Of a stretch of 64,000 nt of DNA, positions 58,654-64,000 are shown in pieces. Origin of the DNA: Myxococcota bacterium. Lineage in GTDB: Bacteria > Myxococcota > JACRCW01. The stretch spans positions 1-64,000 of the forward strand of contig JBFMGU010000008.1 of NCBI GenBank assembly GCA_040752415.1, read 5' to 3'. The notes beneath the pieces are model-generated. The model ran no database searches, was not told where the DNA came from, and was given only the letters and a program-made list of their open reading frames with translations. The first letter of the stretch is position 1; each line of letters begins with the position of its first letter. Both the position numbers and the translations under genes were made by a program.

Positions 58654-59541
58654 TCAGGTCACATAGCCCTGCATCGTGAAGATCACGCGGATGCCATCCT
58701 GCTGGGTACGCGCGTGGACGTACCGCGTGTTGTCGACGATGGCGAAGTCCCCCGCCCGGTTCCACACGATGCGCGCGCTGAGCTCCGCGGCCTTCTGCTG
58801 GATCTCGTCCGTGATCTCGCGCGGGATGGGGGAGCCGTCTTCCCACGTCGTCACCAGGCCGTTGTAGACGCCGGGGAAGATGTTGGTGCACAGGCACGGC
58901 TCACTGCGCAACACCGAGGGCGTGACCGCGCTGGTGACCCAGTGGGTGGTCAGCGTGTCGTCGGGATTGTGCACGCATTCCAGGCCGGGCACCTCGCGCG
59001 CCTGGCGCACAATCTCTGTGGCGTCCTGCGTCCCGCTGAAGGCCGACCAGTTCGCGCGGTCCAGCGTGGTGCTGTGGCGAATGCGACGCGTGCGGAGCGC
59101 CTCCCGCGTGCTGGGACTGAGCGCGCGCAGCAGCTCTTCTCCGTCGGTGACCAGCGTCTCACCGCCCCATTGCGCGGGCACGGCGCAATAGAAGCTGATG
59201 ATGTGCGTGCGCTGCGGCACCTGGGCGAAATCGGCGTGGAAGTTGAGACCCTCGTTCCCCAGCAGCGCCGTCTGCAGGCCGGGGTGCAGCTTGTCCCGTC
59301 GACGCCGCACCTCGGGCGTGGTCTTGACCTGTTTCATGAACAGCCGCGCGAACCCCACGAAGTCGCTCTTGCTCGCGTCGAAGCCACGGAACACCAGGGC
59401 ACCCCGCTCCTGCAGCAGCTCCTTGAAGGGGCGGATCGGAAGCTCGCGCACCTTGGCGCCCTGGCTCGTGACGACGACGCCGGGACCGTTGCCGAACTGC
59501 TCCAGGCTGACCGCCAGGCCTTCCAGACGCGGGTCGTTCAT
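58654..59541 (-). CDS. TauD/TfdA-family Fe(II)/2-oxoglutarate dioxygenase (second copy)
   Basis: GALVFRGF, H-A-D, GGETLVTDG and GD..IVDNTR.VHAR motifs. Confidence 0.88.
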   Translation of the reverse strand: MNDPRLEGLAVSLEQFGNGPGVVVTSQGAKVRELPIRPFKELLQERGALVFRGFDASKSDFVGFARLFMKQVKTTPEVRRRRDKLHPGLQTALLGNEGLNFHADFAQVPQRTHIISFYCAVPAQWGGETLVTDGEELLRALSPSTREALRTRRIRHSTTLDRANWSAFSGTQDATEIVRQAREVPGLECVHNPDDTLTTHWVTSAVTPSVLRSEPCLCTNIFPGVYNGLVTTWEDGSPIPREITDEIQQKAAELSARIVWNRAGDFAIVDNTRYVHARTQQDGIRVIFTMQGYVT

Positions 59542-59609
59542 GCCTCACGGGTTAGCACCGCATGCCCGCGCGCGCGACCGTCCGACGGCGGGCGTGTTAT
59601 CCCCATCCC

Positions 59610-60245
59610 ATGGGTGCGCACGATCAGGATGTCCAGGCGTTCTTTCGCCAGTGGAGCCAGACCTATGACGACGCGCAGCTCCAGGACCGCGTGTACCTGC
59701 CGCTGCAGGAGCAGATCGTGCGGCGCCTGCAATGGTTGCGTCCCTCGTTGAAACCGTTGGACCGCATCCTGGATGTCGGCGTGGGCACGGGTCAGTCGCT
59801 GGCGGCGCTGCGCGCGTTGGTGCCCGCCGTGCTGGGACTGGACCCGTCGACGGACATGCTGCGGCGCGCGCGGGAGCGACTGCCCGAGGGGTGCGGGGTG
59901 ATGCGCGCCACGGCGGAGCACGTTCCGCTGCGGGATGCGTCGGTGGATGCGTGTGTGTCGTGCTTCTCCATCCACTGGTGGCCCGACGTGGAGGCCGGTC
60001 TGCGTGAGATGCACCGCGTGCTGCGGCCACACGGCGTGGCGCTGATCATGATTCCCACGACGAGCCTGCTCGGCCTGCAGTCGATGTCCGTGGGGTGGCG
60101 TCATCCCGCGCAGCTCACGCACTGGAAGCCACCGTCGTGGTACGCGCGACAAGCCCAGGCTGCCGGTCTCACCACGCGGCTGCCGCGAGAGGTGGCGCGC
60201 GGAGCGTGGCTGCTGGAGGCCCGTCGTGGCGACGGTGGTCCGTGA
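59610..60245 (+). CDS. Class I SAM-dependent methyltransferase (UbiE-like)
   Basis: ILDVGVGTG, GLDPS..ML and EMHRVLRP.G motifs. Confidence 0.9.
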   Translation: MGAHDQDVQAFFRQWSQTYDDAQLQDRVYLPLQEQIVRRLQWLRPSLKPLDRILDVGVGTGQSLAALRALVPAVLGLDPSTDMLRRARERLPEGCGVMRATAEHVPLRDASVDACVSCFSIHWWPDVEAGLREMHRVLRPHGVALIMIPTTSLLGLQSMSVGWRHPAQLTHWKPPSWYARQAQAAGLTTRLPREVARGAWLLEARRGDGGP

Positions 60246-61611
60246 GGGGCTGCACACGCTGGATGCCACGGTGCTGGCGCGCCGGGTTGCCGCGCGGAAG
60301 GTTCGCGCCGTGGAGGTGGTCGAGCAGTACCTGGCGCGCATCTCGCGGGAGAACCGGCGGCTGAACGCGCTCGTCCTCGTGGACGAGGAGGGTGCGCGAC
60401 GACGGGCGGAGGCACTGGACCGGAGGATCCGTCGCGGCGCGCGGGTGGGCCCGTTGTGTGGGGTTCCCTTCACGGTGAAGGACGTCATCGAGACGGCGGG
60501 ATTGCGCACCACCGCGGGCGCGGAGGCGTTGGCGTCCCATGTTCCCGCGCGGAATGCGCCAGCGGTGCAGCGCCTGCTCGACGCGGATGCGATCCTCGTC
60601 GGGAAGACGAACACGCCCGCGTTCTCGGCGGACATCCAGTGCAGCAGCCCGCTGCTCGGGGTGGCGAACAATCCCTGGGATCCCACCCGCACCAGCGGCG
60701 GAAGCAGCGGCGGGGGCGCGGCCGCGCTGGCGTCGCATCTCACAGCGCTGGAGCTGGGCAGCGACCATGGTGGTTCCATCCGCATTCCGGCGGCGTTCTG
60801 CGGTGTCGTCGGGTTGAAGCCAACCGCGGGCGTGGTTCCTTCCCGGGGGCACCTGCATCCCGTGCCGGGCGCGCAGGAGCGGGACCTCTCGATCATCTGC
60901 TTGGGACCGCTGGGGCGCAGCGTGGCGGATGTGCGGCTCGCGTATCACGTCCTCACGGGAACCCATCCGCGTCGTCGGGGAAAGGCGCCACGGGTCTTCG
61001 CGCTGCTGCGACGGGTCCCGGGTCTGCCGGTGGATGACGACGTGGCGCGAGCCTTGGGTGACGCGGTGTCGACGCTGATACGCGCGGGTCACGTCGTGGA
61101 CGAAGTGACGTTGCCGGAAGAGCTGTGGGGCCGAGCCTGGGCCGCGTGGCAGACGCTCATCCACGACGACATCATGGGTCCATGGAACGCGCTGGGGCGT
61201 GCGTGGATGGGGACGGTGGCACCGCAGTTGCGCACGCAGATGCTGCAGTCCGCCCAGCGCGCGAGGGAGACGCAACGCCAGGTCGCCGCTGCGCTCGACG
61301 GGATGCTCGCGCAGCGTGACGCCATCCTGATGCCCGCCACGCTGACAACTGCGTTCACGCACCGTCCCATGGGAACGCCGGTGGAGGTTGGTGGTGAACG
61401 TTGTGACTACTGGCTCTCCGCTGCCGCCACGACGTCACTGGCGAGCCTCACCGGTCATCCCGCGCTGGTGTTGCCCGTAGGTTTCTCGCGTGAGGGGTTG
61501 CCGCTCTCCGTGCAGCTCGTGGGTTCGCGCGACGGGGATGCGTCGTTGCTGAACTTTGCTTCCGACGTGGAGGCGTTGCACGTTCGACATCCCGTGAACT
61601 GGGAACGCTGA
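60226..61611 (+). CDS. Amidase-signature family enzyme
   Basis: GVPFTVKD, GKTN.P, GGSSGG and GSD.GGSIRIPA (Ser-cisSer-Lys triad). Confidence 0.93.
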   Translation: MATVVREGLHTLDATVLARRVAARKVRAVEVVEQYLARISRENRRLNALVLVDEEGARRRAEALDRRIRRGARVGPLCGVPFTVKDVIETAGLRTTAGAEALASHVPARNAPAVQRLLDADAILVGKTNTPAFSADIQCSSPLLGVANNPWDPTRTSGGSSGGGAAALASHLTALELGSDHGGSIRIPAAFCGVVGLKPTAGVVPSRGHLHPVPGAQERDLSIICLGPLGRSVADVRLAYHVLTGTHPRRRGKAPRVFALLRRVPGLPVDDDVARALGDAVSTLIRAGHVVDEVTLPEELWGRAWAAWQTLIHDDIMGPWNALGRAWMGTVAPQLRTQMLQSAQRARETQRQVAAALDGMLAQRDAILMPATLTTAFTHRPMGTPVEVGGERCDYWLSAAATTSLASLTGHPALVLPVGFSREGLPLSVQLVGSRDGDASLLNFASDVEALHVRHPVNWER

Positions 61612-61762
61612 GCCAAAGCGGTACTTCATACCGCAGTCCGAAAGCCGGCCACGCGCGGTCTTCGTTGCTGAGGCCGGCCGTGCCTTCGGTGCGAGCATGC
61701 GGCGCAACAGGCATCGCGAGCTCGCACCTTTCGGACTGCGGTATGAAGTACCGCTTTCGCTC
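61610..61762. repeat. 153-bp inverted-repeat element with 30-bp perfect arms and two internal hairpins
   Basis: AAAGCGGTACTTCATACCGCAGTCCGAAAG (61615-61644) is the exact reverse complement of 61728-61757; fills the gap between convergent genes. Confidence 0.9.
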
Positions 61763-61772
61763 GGACCAACCG

Positions 61773-63029
61773 CTATTCGCGTTCCCACAACGCCGACGCC
61801 AGCGCGTCATCCGGCGAGTCCACGTGGGACATGAGCTGACCAAACAGCTCCTCCTCCGCACCGCGCAGGGCGTCCACCTCCGCGCCTCCACGCAGCAGCG
61901 TGGCAATCTCCTCGACAGCGCGGTTGGGCAGATGGATATCCAGGATGCGCTGCGCATCCACGAACGGGTTGTCCAGCAGCACCTGCTCCAGCATGCCGTG
62001 CATGCCCACCGGCCACAGGTAGAACGGGAAGCCACCGCGCGTGTCGTCGAGATACCGCTCCAGCGCACCTCCCGCCGGCGTCCCGGTTCCGCGCTCCGGC
62101 GGTGCCCCGCTCGCATACAACGTCGCCACCGGCACACGCAGCGACATCGCGCGCACCGTCGTGGACGCGGGGCAATTGGGCGTGAGGTACAGGTCCGCCG
62201 CGCCGAGCACCCGTCGGAAATTGTCGGGCGGCATGGAAGCGTGGTGTTGATAGCGCAGCCCCGTCCCGTCGGGCGGCGGCAGCGGCATGGCTCCCACGTG
62301 GACCACGTGCACGAGACGCGACGCACGCGCGGCCTGCGCCAGCAACTCGTACATCAGCGCGGGGAAATGCGTGGCCACCGCGCCGGCTTCCGGGTGCTGC
62401 GCCAGGCGGTGCTGCCAGGTGCTGGTGGTGATGACCACCATGGCTTCCCCGTCGCCAATCTGCAGCTCCGCGCGCAGCTGTTTCCGCGCGTACTGCGGCA
62501 TGGGCCCCGCGTCATCCATCATGGCGTAGCGACCCACTCCCGGGACCGAGCGCTGCGGCGGCAACGACGGACACGGCTGCACCCGCCCCAGCTCCGCCGG
62601 GATGTACGGCATCTGCGTCAGCATGGGCCGGCCGAAGATGTCGACGTCGAGGGCGGTGCGCGGAAAGTCATAGAGGTCCAACGCCACCACGCGCGAGATG
62701 CTGAGCGCCTCCGGCACCAGGCCACTGAGCCGCCCCGCGAACTCCGGCGAAAGCCCGTACATCAGCAGCATGTCCGCCACGAGGATGACGTCGGGACGCA
62801 AGGTGCGGACCGTGTTCTCGATCTTCGCGAAGGCCAGTCCCATGCCCAGCGTGGGATACACATGCACCCGCGCGCCATACCACTTGGCCAGGCCGGCCAG
62901 GCTGGTCCCCACCAGCGCGTGTACCTCCAGCGGACGACGACACCGGCTGAGAAGCTCCATGGCCATGGTCAGCTCACCCGTGGTCACCGACGAGCAACCC
63001 AGCACCAGCACACGCAACCGCGACGCCAT
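61773..63029 (-). CDS. DUF6365-like protein (probable GT-B-like fold)
   Basis: Recalled similarity only: N-terminal GE, PD...VAD, ADL.L..N..STT, PF.LWP.G and DNP. Confidence 0.5.
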   Translation of the reverse strand: MASRLRVLVLGCSSVTTGELTMAMELLSRCRRPLEVHALVGTSLAGLAKWYGARVHVYPTLGMGLAFAKIENTVRTLRPDVILVADMLLMYGLSPEFAGRLSGLVPEALSISRVVALDLYDFPRTALDVDIFGRPMLTQMPYIPAELGRVQPCPSLPPQRSVPGVGRYAMMDDAGPMPQYARKQLRAELQIGDGEAMVVITTSTWQHRLAQHPEAGAVATHFPALMYELLAQAARASRLVHVVHVGAMPLPPPDGTGLRYQHHASMPPDNFRRVLGAADLYLTPNCPASTTVRAMSLRVPVATLYASGAPPERGTGTPAGGALERYLDDTRGGFPFYLWPVGMHGMLEQVLLDNPFVDAQRILDIHLPNRAVEEIATLLRGGAEVDALRGAEEELFGQLMSHVDSPDDALASALWERE

Positions 63030-63140
63030 GCAGCACCTCTGGAGAGCGCGCAGGCTGACACGGCGGCGTGGCCCGGGGCCAGTATTCACCGCACGACGCA
63101 GGGACCCTCTCCCGCAATCCCTGCGTCGCGCGGGAGAAGC

Positions 63141-64000
63141 TCACGGCTCCACGCAGAGGCCCACGGTCTGGCCGTCCTCCTCGCCCACCGGGTTGCACGA
63201 GGCGCCGCTGAAGGGACACTCGTCGGCAATCGCGCACAAGCGACCGCAGATTCCCGGCGCGCTCGGGTCGTCGGAGGCGGGCAGGCACTCCCAGTCACCC
63301 GCGCCGCAGTCACCCGCCTGCCAGCAGAACGTGGCGCAGTATCCCCGCGGCGCCACCGTGGGATCCACGCCTTCACCCGCCGCCAGGCACCAGCCGCCAT
63401 CACAGTCGTTGTCGGTCTCGCATCCGCGCGCCGCGCGCGCCGTGCCCTGTCCCACCGGGAGCTCGTCCCAGCTCTGGCATCCGCCGTCGGCGCACGGGTC
63501 GTCGGCGGGAACGCAGTTTCCGTCGACATCGCGCACGGTGCCCGCGGGGCAGCCCCCGTCGTTGCAGGTGTCATCCAGCGCGCAGTCCGGGATCTCCTCG
63601 CCGTCGCACACCATGTTGCCGGTGGGGCCCGCCTCCACCGTGCCAGTGAAGCTGCAGCTGTGCGTCTCGCCCATCTCGTCGGGGCCGGTCATGGTTCCGC
63701 TCAGCGTTCCGTCGGGCGCAATGTCCAGGTGCAGCGTTCCGTCGGGGGAGACCGGCGTGGCGAGGTCGTCGTACACCTCGTCCAACGTGATGGAGCCGTC
63801 GGGATGCACCACCTCCGTCGACGCGTAGTGGAACTCCTGCGTGCGGCCCGCGTAGGTCAGGCCCCCATCCGCCGTCACCGTGTTGGTCACCGTGCCGTCC
63901 TCCGCCACCACGGTGGATTCCACCACATCCCAGTGCGCGCTGGCGCCGTCGGGATAGGTCACATCCACCGCGTAGCTGGCCTGCGCGTTGCCGTTCTCGT
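63141..64000 (-). CDS. Partial (5' end outside window) Cys-rich secreted protein
   Basis: ORF open at the window edge; Thr/Asp-rich beta region; C...C....DC repeats at the C-terminus. Confidence 0.7.
   Translation of the reverse strand, partial: ENGNAQASYAVDVTYPDGASAHWDVVESTVVAEDGTVTNTVTADGGLTYAGRTQEFHYASTEVVHPDGSITLDEVYDDLATPVSPDGTLHLDIAPDGTLSGTMTGPDEMGETHSCSFTGTVEAGPTGNMVCDGEEIPDCALDDTCNDGGCPAGTVRDVDGNCVPADDPCADGGCQSWDELPVGQGTARAARGCETDNDCDGGWCLAAGEGVDPTVAPRGYCATFCWQAGDCGAGDWECLPASDDPSAPGICGRLCAIADECPFSGASCNPVGEEDGQTVGLCVEP

Noticed and set aside
1..64000. tRNA or rRNA genes
   Set aside because: No cloverleaf with a T-loop consensus or rRNA-like segment was recognised by eye; a tRNAscan/Infernal run would be needed to exclude them fully.

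Overview
A very GC-rich (~70%) bacterial chromosomal window with a Myxococcota-like gene repertoire (inferred, not proven): Cys-rich lipoproteins, a MopE-motif repeat protein, DUF2330, FGE-sulfatase proteins, a Ser/Thr kinase and an S74 fibre protein. I found no rRNA, tRNA or CRISPR array. Recognisable housekeeping or accessory genes include uvsE, yjjX, a Cys/Met PLP enzyme, a MacAB-like ABC exporter, an AbrB-VapC toxin-antitoxin pair and one complete IS1182-family element. The most unusual part is 47-63 kb. There, a signal-peptide-less Gly-rich protein with a Lys-rich (Gly-X-Y)18 collagen-like tract and a T3SS-needle-like C-terminus is followed by a translationally coupled GNAT / diiron ferritin-like / Fe-2OG dioxygenase trio. 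Nearby lie a kinase-SelO-like-nucleotidyltransferase-ParB/Srx-like fusion protein, a radical SAM/SPASM enzyme, a GT2, a second TauD-like enzyme, a methyltransferase, an amidase and a DUF6365-like protein. Non-coding structure is also rich: a ~190-bp palindromic element repeated together with a duplicated gene 3' end (1-484), the IS inserted in one arm of a heptamer-repeat hairpin, an 8 x 21-bp tandem array, a ~90-bp direct repeat around the TA module, and a 153-bp branched inverted repeat. All family assignments come from motifs read by eye; no searches were run. Start codons are my best estimates.
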